Part shown: positions 17,954-28,823 of the stretch, one piece after another
Position numbering within the stretch: the first letter of the stretch is position 1
Layout of the letters: every line of letters begins with the position of its first letter
NCBI GenBank assembly: GCA_041166285.1
Contig: JBEEFR010000179.1
Coordinates: 1 to 47,599 of the forward strand
Reading direction: 5' to 3'
From: Actinomycetota bacterium
Lineage (GTDB): Bacteria; Actinomycetota; Acidimicrobiia; Acidimicrobiales; JACCXE01
Length of the DNA: 47,599 nucleotides
Translations under genes and position numbers: made by a program
The notes under the pieces: model-generated
The model's input: only the letters and a program-made list of their open reading frames with translations
Databases searched by the model: none
Told to the model about the DNA's origin: nothing

Positions 17954-19111
17954 ATGGATGTGAAGCAGGCCGCGCACGGGACCGTCGACGACAACGGCGA
18001 GCGACTCGTCGAGCTGAGCCACCGGATTCACGCCAAGCCGGAAACGTGCTTCGAGGAAGTCAGCGCCGCCGACTGGACCGCGTCGCAGCTCAACGAGGCG
18101 GGATTCACCGTCGAAACGGGCGTCGCCGACTTACCGACGGCCTACGTCGCGACCGCGGGCAGCGGTCCACTGACGATCGGCATCTGCGCCGAGTACGACG
18201 CGCTGCCCGGCATCGGCCACGCCTGCGGCCACAACGTCATCGCAGCGGCGGCCGTCGGCGCCGGTCTCGCGCTGGCGCCGTTGGCCGACGACCTCGGCAT
18301 CACCGTCAAGGTGTTCGGCACGCCCGCCGAGGAGGGTGGCGGCGGCAAGATCATCATGCTCGACAAGGGCGTGTTCGCCGGCGTGCACGCCGCGATGATG
18401 GTGCACCCTGCGCCGAACGAAGGCGACCGGCTGCCGTGCCTCGCCGTCAGTCACATCGACGTCGACTATCACGGCAAGACAGCGCACGCCTCGGCCTTCC
18501 CCGAGCTCGGCATCAATGCAGCCGACGCCATCACCGTCGCGCAGACGGCCATCGGGTTGTTGCGCCAACACATCCGTTCGACGGACCGCATTCACGGCAT
18601 CGTGACGCACGGCGGCGACGCGCCGAACATCGTTCCGCACGAGACGACGGGCAAGTGGTACATCCGGGCGCGCACGTTGGACGAACTCGCGGACCTCGAA
18701 CCGCGTGTGTACAAGTGCTTCGAAGCGGGAGCTATTGCGACGGGCTGTACGCACGAAGTGAAAGAGATGAGCCCGAAGTATTCGGAGATGATCGACGACG
18801 CCGAGATGCTCGGTCTTTACCGCGCCAACGCCGAAGCGCTCGGCCGCACGTTCCCGACCGACGGGTCCAGCGACCGCATTGTCGGGTCCACCGACATGGC
18901 GAACGTGTCCCTGGCGATGCCGACGATCCACCCAATGCTCGGGCTGGGTTGTTTCCCGATCAGCAACCACCAGCCCGAGTTCGCGGCGTTCTGCGCCACA
19001 CCCACCGCTGACAAAGCCGTGCTCGACGGCGCCACCGGCATGGCGTGGACGGTCGTCGACATGGCGACGACCTCGTCGGTGCGCGAACGGCTTCTGTCGA
19101 CCGCGAGCTAG
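17954..19111 (+). CDS. M20 family amidohydrolase/metallopeptidase
   Basis: Real start is ATG 17954 (MDVKQAAHG...LSHRIHAKPETCFEE...CAEYDALPGIGHACGHN...GTPAEEGGGGK). The Arg-rich first 127 aa of the track ORF overlap the carboxylase gene out of frame. Confidence 0.85.
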   Translation: MDVKQAAHGTVDDNGERLVELSHRIHAKPETCFEEVSAADWTASQLNEAGFTVETGVADLPTAYVATAGSGPLTIGICAEYDALPGIGHACGHNVIAAAAVGAGLALAPLADDLGITVKVFGTPAEEGGGGKIIMLDKGVFAGVHAAMMVHPAPNEGDRLPCLAVSHIDVDYHGKTAHASAFPELGINAADAITVAQTAIGLLRQHIRSTDRIHGIVTHGGDAPNIVPHETTGKWYIRARTLDELADLEPRVYKCFEAGAIATGCTHEVKEMSPKYSEMIDDAEMLGLYRANAEALGRTFPTDGSSDRIVGSTDMANVSLAMPTIHPMLGLGCFPISNHQPEFAAFCATPTADKAVLDGATGMAWTVVDMATTSSVRERLLSTAS

Positions 19112-19119
19112 ACCACCCC

Positions 19120-19905
19120 ATGCGCATCACCCCGTCGTCGCTCCGGCGCGTCACGAACAATGCCGTGCTCCGTGGTCGCGCACGGCCGTCGCAGTGGCTC
19201 GTGCGCGCGCAGGCACTCGGCACGGCGCGGAACTACAGCGGGCCCGCGCTCCCGGCGGATTCGACCGAGCCGATGTCGGAGGCCCAACGGAACCTGATCC
19301 GCAAGTACACCAAGCCCGGCGACTCCTTCGTCGACGTCGCGTGCATGTACCGCGCCGACGGCGCCGCCGCCTTTCTTGCGGAGGAACTCGGGGCATCGCC
19401 GGTTACCGCGACCGACACGCTCAAACCGACCGCGAGGTACGAGCAACTCGCCGCCGACGCCGGGTCGCGCGTGCGGTTCGTGTGGGCCGACATCACTACC
19501 GCCGCGGCAATCGAGGCCATCGGCACCCACGACGTCGTGTACTGCTGCGGACTGCTGTATCACATGCCCGATCCGCACCACACCCTGGCGCAACTCCGTC
19601 GGCTCAGCTCGCGCACGCTGATCGTCGGCACGAAGTCGATCCCCGAGATCCCCGGCTATCCCGGCGCCGCGGTGTACTTCCCGGCGCTCGACCCGAAGGC
19701 GCGCATGACCTATCAGCCGATTACCGACCCTGAGGGCCTCGCTTTCCGCGCCGATCGCACTCCGACGGCGAACTGGTTCTGGGGACTCAGCCCCTCCGCC
19801 TTCGAAGCCATGGCCGTCGAAGCGGGGTGGGCGATCGTGGAAACAGTGAAGTTGCCGTGGAGCGGCCGGTACGACGACGTCCTCGTCGTCGCCGAGCGCG
19901 CGTAG
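19120..19905 (+). CDS. Class I methyltransferase-fold protein with divergent motif I
   Basis: Start taken at ATG 19120 (MRITPSS...). DVVYCCGLLYHMPDPHHTLAQLRRL resembles the post-motif II/III region of SAM methyltransferases. The expected GxGxG loop reads FVDVACMYRADG. Confidence 0.55.
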   Translation: MRITPSSLRRVTNNAVLRGRARPSQWLVRAQALGTARNYSGPALPADSTEPMSEAQRNLIRKYTKPGDSFVDVACMYRADGAAAFLAEELGASPVTATDTLKPTARYEQLAADAGSRVRFVWADITTAAAIEAIGTHDVVYCCGLLYHMPDPHHTLAQLRRLSSRTLIVGTKSIPEIPGYPGAAVYFPALDPKARMTYQPITDPEGLAFRADRTPTANWFWGLSPSAFEAMAVEAGWAIVETVKLPWSGRYDDVLVVAERA

Positions 19906-19917
19906 CCTTCACCTCGG

Positions 19918-20946
19918 ATGACACGGCGACTGGGCTTCGTGGGGATCATGATGGCGTTGCTGGCGACGCTCGCTCCCAGCGCGGCGCGCGCGCAGACGAC
20001 AACGTCTGTGCTCCGGAAACTGCCGTTCGCCGCCGACCACGTTGCGGTGTACTGGAACGACCATCCCGATGCGCGCGTACTGGTCGGCTTCGGAGACGGG
20101 CCGCTCGTGGACGCCGGCCGCGACGAGCTCGGCGCGCAACGACACAACGGCGTCACGTACGGCGCGATCCTGCTGGCTCCGCACACGAAGCTTGTGCGGA
20201 TCGTCAGCGATCAACCGCTCACCGCACTGAAGTTGTTCGCCGTTCCCGACCATCCGTTGCGTTGGATCGGCTCGAAAATCCTGCCGAAGAAGCCCACTCC
20301 CGGCAAGGCAGCGCGCCCGGCGATCATTGCGCGTGCCGACTGGGGCGCCGACGAGTCGCTGCGGTTCACGAACGGCCGCGAGACGTGGTCGCCGACGTTC
20401 CACCCCGTGCAGAAGTTGATCGTCCACCACACCGACACGGCCAACAACGATCCGGATCCGGCGTCGACGGTGCGCGCCATCTACCGGTATCACGCCATCA
20501 GCCAAGGCTGGGGCGACATCGGTTACAACTTCTTGATCGACGAGGCCGGCCACATCTACAAGGGTCGCAACTCACACGCCGCCAGCAGCGACGCCGACAC
20601 GATCACCGGACAGGACGCCGCCGGCAACGGCGTGACGGGCGCGCACGCGCACGCGTACAACGCCGGCAGCGTCGGCGTTGCTCTCATCGGCACGCTCACG
20701 TACCAGGACGCGACACCGGCGGCCAAGCGCGCCCTCGAGGACTTGTTGGCGTGGGAAGCGCAGGCGCACGGGATCGACCCGCACGGCACGTCCACCTACA
20801 CCAGCCCGACCGACGGGCATCAGAAAACGTTCCCGAACATCGCCGGCCACCGCGACGTCGGCGAGACGCAGTGCCCCGGCGGCGCGTTCTACGCGACCCT
20901 TCCTGCCGTGCGCGACGCCGTGGCGGCGCGCTCAGCAGCTGGCTGA
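19918..20946 (+). CDS. Secreted N-acetylmuramoyl-L-alanine amidase (Amidase_2/PGRP domain)
   Basis: Signal peptide MTRRLGFVGIMMALLATLAPSAARAQ. Also KLIVHHTDTAN...YHAISQGWGDIGYNFLID...HRDVGETQCPG. Confidence 0.85.
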   Translation: MTRRLGFVGIMMALLATLAPSAARAQTTTSVLRKLPFAADHVAVYWNDHPDARVLVGFGDGPLVDAGRDELGAQRHNGVTYGAILLAPHTKLVRIVSDQPLTALKLFAVPDHPLRWIGSKILPKKPTPGKAARPAIIARADWGADESLRFTNGRETWSPTFHPVQKLIVHHTDTANNDPDPASTVRAIYRYHAISQGWGDIGYNFLIDEAGHIYKGRNSHAASSDADTITGQDAAGNGVTGAHAHAYNAGSVGVALIGTLTYQDATPAAKRALEDLLAWEAQAHGIDPHGTSTYTSPTDGHQKTFPNIAGHRDVGETQCPGGAFYATLPAVRDAVAARSAAG

Positions 20947-21852
20947 ACCCTCGTCGGTAAAGCTGCCGCCCGCTGAGGGCACGAAACGCCACGAGTACGC
21001 GCCGTTCCCGAGGCGCAGGGCGAGCACACCGAAGGTTCCGGAGTTGTGCACTTCGCTGCGCTGCTCGGTGGTGATCACCGGATACAAGCTGCGTCCGCCC
21101 GTGCCCACGACGAACTCGCGGATGCCGCGGTCGGGACCGAAGCGCTCGTAGTGATGGTCGTGCCCGACGAGCACGACGTCGCCACCGTGGTCGGCGAGCG
21201 CCTTGTAGAAGTCGTCGTAGCCCGGATCGCTGCCGTGGAAACCAGAGGACCACCGCGGGTGATGCCAGAACGCCAGGATGCACTTCGCGGGGTGCGCCGC
21301 GAGGTCGGCGCGCAACCACTGCTCTTCGGGCGAACCCGCTTGGCAGCCGCCGACGCTGCGACAGTCCGAATCGAGCGCGACCACGTGCCACGTGCCGACG
21401 TTGAACGAGTACCACGTCTGGCGTTTGGCGGCGTCGACGAAGGTCGGCCAGTACTGCCGGTATCCCGCGAGGTTGGGCGTCGACCAGTCGTGGTTGCCGG
21501 GCGCGGGGTGCGTGATCGCCTTGAAGCGGCCCCACGACTTGTCGTACGACGCGTCGAAGTTCGGCTTCTCGCCGCGCTCGTACTGCAAGTCGCCGAGCGC
21601 GAGTACCGCCGCTGGGTGCAGCGACTCGATGGTGTCGGCCGTCGCTTCCTGCTGGCACTGGCCAGGCGTCGGCCGCAGTGTCGCCGGGCACGCGATGTCT
21701 CCGGCCGCAGCGATCAGCGGTGCGCTCTGGTCGACGGCGACCGTCGTGCTCGTCGACGTCGACGTCGTTCGCGGCGTCGGTGAGAGCGGATCCTTCGCGC
21801 ACGCGGCGAGCGTCAGCAGCAGCGCGAGAGCGGCGACGCGTTTATTCAGCAG
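20932..21852 (-). CDS. Lipoprotein metallophosphoesterase (calcineurin-like); start inferred at CTG
   Basis: The track ORF starts at an internal TTG inside the motif ALGDLQYERG. My in-frame upstream translation gives (L)[17 protein letters not shown] (lipobox) ...IAAAGDIACP, the first metallophosphoesterase motif. Downstream motifs are PGNHDW and VGHDHHYER. No ATG, GTG or TTG lies between the upstream in-frame TGA and these motifs, so CTG at 21852 or 21849 is the only plausible start. Confidence 0.65.
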   Translation of the reverse strand: MLNKRVAALALLLTLAACAKDPLSPTPRTTSTSTSTTVAVDQSAPLIAAAGDIACPATLRPTPGQCQQEATADTIESLHPAAVLALGDLQYERGEKPNFDASYDKSWGRFKAITHPAPGNHDWSTPNLAGYRQYWPTFVDAAKRQTWYSFNVGTWHVVALDSDCRSVGGCQAGSPEEQWLRADLAAHPAKCILAFWHHPRWSSGFHGSDPGYDDFYKALADHGGDVVLVGHDHHYERFGPDRGIREFVVGTGGRSLYPVITTEQRSEVHNSGTFGVLALRLGNGAYSWRFVPSAGGSFTDEGSASC

Positions 21853-23202
21853 CGTCGGCGAGCGCTTCGGCGAGCGCGGGGTGCACGAGGAGGGACTCGA
21901 CGATGTCCGTGACCTTCAAGTTGGCAGTCACGGCGAGCGCCAGCACTGAGATCAGTTCGGCGGCGCCGCGGCCCACGATCGAACCACCGAGCACGACACC
22001 CGTCGCCGGGTCGCTGAGGATCTTCACGAAACCCCGCGGGTCGCCTTCGATCAGCGCGCGTGCGTTGGCGGCGAATGGAACCTTCGTGACGCGCAACTTG
22101 CGCCCGATGGCGAACGCCTCCGCCTCGGCGAGCCCGACGTCGGCGATCTCGGGTTCGGTGAAGATGGCCGACGCGGCCTTGTCGTAGTCGAGGTGGCGAT
22201 GTTCGCGGGTGTGCAGACCCATCACGTGCTCGGCGACCTTGCGCCCTTGCATCGACGCGACGCTGGCCAGGGGGAGCCGGCCCGACACGTCGCCGGCGGC
22301 ATACACGTGGCCGAGGTTCGTCACACAGTGCTGGTTGACGGGGACGTAACCACCGTCGTCCATGCGCACTCCGGCCTCCTCCAAGCCGAGGTCCTCGGAG
22401 TTGGGCAGCGAACCGATGGCGAGGATCACATGCGAACCCTTCACAACGCGTCCGTCCTCACACGTGACGGTGACCTCGTCGCCCACGCGCGTGATGCCGT
22501 TGGCGCGCGCGCCCTTCAACAACACGACGCCGCTCTTGAGGAAGTTGTCCTCGAGCGCCGCAGCGACCTCCGGGTCTTTGCCTGGCAACACTTGCTGGCG
22601 CGACACGATCAGCGTCACCTTCGAGCCGAACGACCGGAACATGTGCACGAACTCGACGCCGGTGACGCCCGAGCCGACGACGATCAAATGCGACGGAAGC
22701 TCCTTCGGCGGATACGCCTGACGGGTTGTCAGCACGCGCTCGCCGTCGATCGGCGCCCACTCCGGAAGGCGCGGACGGCTCCCGGTCGAGATGAGGATGG
22801 CCTCGGCCTCGAGGTCTTCGTGATGACCGTCGATGGCGTCGACGGAAACGCAGTGCGCGCCCGTCAAGCGCGCCGCGCCCTTGATCAAGCGGATGCCCTG
22901 GCTTTCGAGCAGGACGGTGTTGGAGTGGTTGAGGTGCGCGGTGATGGCGCCCACGCGCTCCCCCAGTGCCGCCAAGTCGGGGTGGGCCTCAAGCGGCTGC
23001 AGTCCCATCCCTTGCGCGCGTGCGGCCTCCGTCACCAGGCCGCCGGTGGCGATCATCGCCTTGGAGGGAATGCAGTCCCACAGGTTCGCGGCGCCGCCGA
23101 CGACGTCACGCTCGACGAGGGTCACTTCAGCGCCGAGCCGCGCTCCCCACGTCGCCGCCTGCACGCCCGCGGGCCCACCACCGATGATTACGAAACGAAC
23201 CG

Positions 23203-23206
<4 letters not shown>
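21842..23206 (-). CDS. Flavoprotein pyridine-nucleotide-disulfide oxidoreductase family, LpdA-like (first redox Cys absent)
   Basis: Start is TTG 23206-23204 (TTGA overlap with the mutase stop): (M)[17 protein letters not shown]. The disulfide motif reads [13 protein letters not shown] instead of GGxCxxxGCIPSK. A second Rossmann motif ([11 protein letters not shown]) and a dimerisation domain are present. Confidence 0.8.
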
Positions 23207-24783
<1,577 letters not shown>

Positions 24784-24815
24784 GACCTAACAGTAGAGCG
24801 CGGCTTTCCCTCTCC

Positions 24816-25892
24816 CTAATGGAGGTAGTGCGCTCCTCGGCGGCGGCGCTCCCCCGCCACCGCAACAGCGACGGCGCCGACAGCGAGCAGCGCGGCGCCG
24901 ACGATCGCGCGCCCAGATTCGTCCGAGCCCGTGCGGATGATCGTCGCCGCGCGCACCGTCGTCGATGTCGTCGTGGTCGCACCGGCGCCGCTGGCGAGCG
25001 TCGTCGACGTGGTCGTCGTCGCACCGCCTGCCACCGTCGTCGACGTGGTCGTGGTGGGACCGCCCGCGAGCGTCGTCGATGTGGTCGTGGTCGGGCCGCC
25101 CGCCACCGTCGTCGACGTGGTCGTGGTGGGGCCGGTCGCGCCGATCGGCGCACCGGCGGCGTCGAGGGTCAGCGCCAGCTGGCCGCCCGCCGCTTCGGCA
25201 TAGTCGAGCTCGAAGGGATAGGTGCCCGCGGCCGGGAAGTGAACGACGACGTCGTCCTGGTCGGGTGCGTGGGTCGTGTTGTTGGCGCCGACGACGTTGT
25301 AGCCCTTGAACGGTGTCGTCGTCGGGTCCGACGGTCCCGGATCGCCGCCGCTGACGTACGTCGGCTGATTGGCGCCGTTGGCGCCGATCCCGAGGAGCCA
25401 CCCATCGTCGGAGAAGAAGTTGAACGTGATATCGCCGGCGGCCGCGACGGTGAACGTTCCCTCGAATTCGGCGTCGAACGACAGGCGCGCTGGGCCGGTG
25501 TAGCCCGCGCAGACCGTGTCGTCGCAGCCTTCTTGGATGGTGCTGTTCTTGGCTTGGACGGTGGAGCACGTGCCGTCGCTCTGCGGCACGACGTCCGTGA
25601 ACGGACGCGTTTCCTCGTCGACATTCGTCGCGTTGGAGCACCCGACCTGCGCGCCGGTCGGCGGGTTCCAGTTGAGGACCGGCACGGTCATGGTGAAATC
25701 AACAGGCGTCGACGTCGTTGCGGTGAACGCACCGTCGTCGGTTGGGTTGTCGAAGAACTTCGCGTTGATCGCGCTGACCGTGATCGGCGGTGCCGCCGCC
25801 TGCGAGCGCCCCGACCACGCAACCACAACCGCAAGTGCCGCAACCGCCATGATGACCGCCGGCGACCGGCGCCAGCTCCAGTTCTTCTCCAT
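24816..25892 (-). CDS. Secreted/cell-surface protein with PA14-like domain, Thr-rich tandem repeats and C-terminal anchor
   Basis: Signal peptide (AVIMAVAALAVVVAWSGRSQAAA). PA14/GLEYA-like segment (FEGTFTVAAAGDITFNFFSDDGWLLGIG). Five copies of G(P/A)TTTTSTT(V/L)AG. The C-terminus is IIRTGSDESGR, then a hydrophobic helix, then ERRRRG. Confidence 0.7.
   Translation of the reverse strand: MEKNWSWRRSPAVIMAVAALAVVVAWSGRSQAAAPPITVSAINAKFFDNPTDDGAFTATTSTPVDFTMTVPVLNWNPPTGAQVGCSNATNVDEETRPFTDVVPQSDGTCSTVQAKNSTIQEGCDDTVCAGYTGPARLSFDAEFEGTFTVAAAGDITFNFFSDDGWLLGIGANGANQPTYVSGGDPGPSDPTTTPFKGYNVVGANNTTHAPDQDDVVVHFPAAGTYPFELDYAEAAGGQLALTLDAAGAPIGATGPTTTTSTTVAGGPTTTTSTTLAGGPTTTTSTTVAGGATTTTSTTLASGAGATTTTSTTVRAATIIRTGSDESGRAIVGAALLAVGAVAVAVAGERRRRGAHYLH
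24951..25136. repeat. Coding tandem repeat, 36-bp period (one 42-bp unit), about 5 copies
   Basis: The core cgtcgtcga(c/t)gtggtcgt recurs at 24957, 24999, 25035, 25071 and 25107. It encodes the Thr-rich 12-aa linker repeats of the PA14-like protein on the minus strand. Confidence 0.85.
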
Positions 25893-25932
25893 AGCGCCGT
25901 AAATTACGCGCAGCTAAGCCTCGCGCGGTGGG

Positions 25933-26955
25933 TTAGTTGACTTCCCAGGTCGAGCCGGAACGCAGCAGCGCGGCGAGGTCACCGGCACCGCGCTGTTGTT
26001 GTGCGGCGACGAGCTGGTCGCCGACCATCTGTCCGTAATCGGCTCGCTCGACGGCGCGGAACACGCCGATCGGGGTCGGCTCGTGCGGGCCGTGGGCCAG
26101 ACGGCCCAGCGAGAAAGCGTGACCGGGACGCTCGAGCGTTTCGTCGTGCACGACGATCTTCGACTCGTCGACGTCGGCGACGTTCATGACCTGGAAGTGG
26201 CCCTGCGCGTCGGGAGCGACGCACTTGTCGCCGTTGGCACCGAAGATGATCTTCTCGCCGTGCACGAGCGGGATGAGGTTGTCGGAGCGGTTTTCCTTCG
26301 CGGTAATGCCCTCGAACGCGCCGTCGTTGAAGACGTTGCAGTTCTGGTACACCTCCACGAACGCCGCGCCCTTGTGGTTGTGCGCGCGACGGAAGGTCTC
26401 GAGCATGTGGGCGCGATCCATGTCGTGCGTGCGCGCCACGAACGTCGCCTCGGCGCCGAGCGCCAACGAAATCGGGTTGAACGGCTGGTCGACGGAGCCG
26501 AACGGAGTCGACTTGGTCACCTTGCCCACTTCGGAGGTCGGCGAGTACTGGCCCTTCGTGAGTCCGTAGATCTGGTTGTTGAACATGAGGATCGTCATGT
26601 TCACGTTGCGGCGGAGCGCGTGGATGAGGTGGTTGCCGCCGATCGACAGCGAGTCACCGTCACCGGAGATCACCCACACGTCGAGGTCGGGACGGGCGAC
26701 GGCGAGCCCGGTCGCCAGCGCGGCGGCGCGGCCATGGATGCCGTGCATGCCGTAGGTGTCCATGTAATACGGGAAGCGCGCCGCGCACCCGATGCCGGAC
26801 ACGAACACGGTGTTCTCGCGACGCACACCCAACTCCGGCATGAGCAACTGCACCGCCGCGAGGATCGAGTAGTCGCCGCACCCGGGACACCAGCGGACCT
26901 CCTGGTCCGACATCCAGTCCTTGCGCGTCGTGGTGGGGATGTCGATAGCGGTCAT
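25933..26955 (-). CDS. korB: 2-oxoacid:ferredoxin oxidoreductase beta subunit (TPP-binding)
   Basis: Real start is ATG 26955-26953 (ATGA overlap with the korA stop): MTAIDIPTTTRKDWMSDQEVRWCPGCGDYSIL...GDGDSLSIGGNH...NNQIYGLTKGQ. Confidence 0.9.
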   Translation of the reverse strand: MTAIDIPTTTRKDWMSDQEVRWCPGCGDYSILAAVQLLMPELGVRRENTVFVSGIGCAARFPYYMDTYGMHGIHGRAAALATGLAVARPDLDVWVISGDGDSLSIGGNHLIHALRRNVNMTILMFNNQIYGLTKGQYSPTSEVGKVTKSTPFGSVDQPFNPISLALGAEATFVARTHDMDRAHMLETFRRAHNHKGAAFVEVYQNCNVFNDGAFEGITAKENRSDNLIPLVHGEKIIFGANGDKCVAPDAQGHFQVMNVADVDESKIVVHDETLERPGHAFSLGRLAHGPHEPTPIGVFRAVERADYGQMVGDQLVAAQQQRGAGDLAALLRSGSTWEVN

Positions 26956-28823
26956 GACTTGGTCTCCAACAGCGTGAGCATGGCGGCTTCGATCTCGGAC
27001 GCCTTGAACGGCGCGCCCTGGATCTTGTTGAGCGACTGCGCGTCGACGAGGTACTCGGCGCGCAACAGACGCGACAACTGGCCCATGTTCATTTCGGGCA
27101 CGAGCACCTTGCGATACCGACGCAACAGATCGCCGAGATTCTTCGGGAACGGATAGAGGTGGACGACGTGCGCGTGGCTCGCCTGCAAACCTCGCGCCCG
27201 CACGCGGCGCACGGCGGCACCGATCGAGCCGAAGGTGGAACCCCACCCGACGACGAGCAGTTCATCGCCGCCGTCGTCGTCGACTTCGACGTCCGGGATG
27301 TCGTTGGCGATACCCGCGACCTTCGCGGCGCGCACGCGCGTCATGCGTTCGTGGTTGACGCCTTCGTAGTTGACGTTGCCGGTGCCGTCCTCTTTCTCGA
27401 GGCCGCCGATGCGGTGTTCGAGACCGGGGGTGCCGGGAATTGCCCACGGGCGGGCAAGGTTTTCGTCGCGCAGGTACGGCCAGAACTCCGGGTTGCCCTC
27501 GGCATCGGTGTGGTTCGGCTCCGTGGCGAATTGCACGGAAATGTCGGGCAGGTCGGCGACGTCGGGCAGCTTCCACGGTTCGGTGCCGTTGGCGATGTAA
27601 CCGTCGGAGAGCAGGAGGACGGGTGTGCGGTACTTCACCGCGATACGCGCCGCTTCGATGGCGGCATCGAAACAGTGCGACGGAGTCTTGGCGGCCACGA
27701 TCGGCATGGGTGACTCGCCGTGGCGGCCGTACATGGCGAGCATCAAGTCGGACTGCTCCGTCTTCGTCGGCAGGCCCGTCGACGGGCCGCCGCGCTGGAT
27801 GTCGACGATGATCAGCGGCAGCTCGAGCGACACCGCGAGACCCATCGCTTCGGACTTGAGGTCGACACCGGGACCCGACGTCGTCGTGATCCCGAGATGA
27901 CCGCCGAAGGCGGCGCCGATCGCTGCGGAGATGCCGGCGATCTCGTCTTCGGCCTGCATCGTGCGCACGCCGAAGTTCTTGTGCTTCGACAGTTCGTGAA
28001 GGATGTCTGACGCGGGCGTGATCGGATACGAACCGAGGAACAGCGGCAGCTTTGCCAGTTGCGACGCCGCGATGAGGCCCCACGCCAGCGCGGTGTTGCC
28101 GTTGATGTTCGTGTAGACGCCGGGATCGAACGCCGTCGGCTTGACCTCGTACGACGACGCGAACAGTTCCGCGGTCTCGCCGAAGTGGTAGCCCGCCTTG
28201 AACGCCGCCAGGTTCGACTGCATCACGAGCGGCGTCTTAGCGAAGCGTTCCTCGATCCACTTCGTCGTGCTCTCGATCGGGCGCGTGTAGAGCCAACTCA
28301 CGACGCCGAGTGCGAAGAAGTTCTTCGACCGCTCCGCGTCTCGGGGCTTCACACCGAGTTCCTTCACGGACTCCGTCGTCAGCGACGTCATCGGGATCTC
28401 GAACACGGTGAACCCGTCGAGCGATCCGTCGAGCAACGGGTTCGACGGGTAGCCGGCCTTATTGAGATTGCGCTCTTCGAAGGCGTCGCTGTTGACGATG
28501 ATCGTGCCCCCGCGCGGCACGTCGGCGATGTTCGCCTTCAGCGCCGCCGGGTTCATGGCGATGAGCACCGACGGGAAGTCGCCCGGCGTGAGGATGTCGT
28601 GGTCGCTGATGTTGACCTGGAACGCGGAAACGCCCGCCAGCGTGCCGGCGGGCGCCCTGATCTCTGCTGGGAAGTCGGGCAAGGTCGACAAGTCGTTGCC
28701 GAACAGCGCCGAAGCGCTCGTAAATCGGTCGCCGGTGAGTTGCATCCCGTCACCGGAGTCACCGGCAAACCGGATGACTACATGGTCAAGCTCTTGCACG
28801 TCTTTCGACGTGGTATCCGTCAC
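26952..28823 (-). CDS. korA: 2-oxoacid:ferredoxin oxidoreductase alpha subunit
   Basis: GTG start at 28823. (M)TDTTSKDVQELDHVVIRFAGDSGDGMQLTG...GSYPITPASD...TTSGPG. This has the KorA-type fused gamma/alpha domain order. Confidence 0.9.
   Translation of the reverse strand: MTDTTSKDVQELDHVVIRFAGDSGDGMQLTGDRFTSASALFGNDLSTLPDFPAEIRAPAGTLAGVSAFQVNISDHDILTPGDFPSVLIAMNPAALKANIADVPRGGTIIVNSDAFEERNLNKAGYPSNPLLDGSLDGFTVFEIPMTSLTTESVKELGVKPRDAERSKNFFALGVVSWLYTRPIESTTKWIEERFAKTPLVMQSNLAAFKAGYHFGETAELFASSYEVKPTAFDPGVYTNINGNTALAWGLIAASQLAKLPLFLGSYPITPASDILHELSKHKNFGVRTMQAEDEIAGISAAIGAAFGGHLGITTTSGPGVDLKSEAMGLAVSLELPLIIVDIQRGGPSTGLPTKTEQSDLMLAMYGRHGESPMPIVAAKTPSHCFDAAIEAARIAVKYRTPVLLLSDGYIANGTEPWKLPDVADLPDISVQFATEPNHTDAEGNPEFWPYLRDENLARPWAIPGTPGLEHRIGGLEKEDGTGNVNYEGVNHERMTRVRAAKVAGIANDIPDVEVDDDGGDELLVVGWGSTFGSIGAAVRRVRARGLQASHAHVVHLYPFPKNLGDLLRRYRKVLVPEMNMGQLSRLLRAEYLVDAQSLNKIQGAPFKASEIEAAMLTLLETKS

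Noticed and set aside
24784-24815. Possible cobalamin riboswitch upstream of the mutase gene.
   Set aside because: Only 32 bp separate it from the preceding gene, which is far too short for a B12 riboswitch.
24951-25136. Regular 36-bp repeats considered as a possible CRISPR-like array.
   Set aside because: The units are contiguous with no spacers, lie in frame inside a coding sequence, and encode Thr-rich 12-aa repeats. No cas genes are present.
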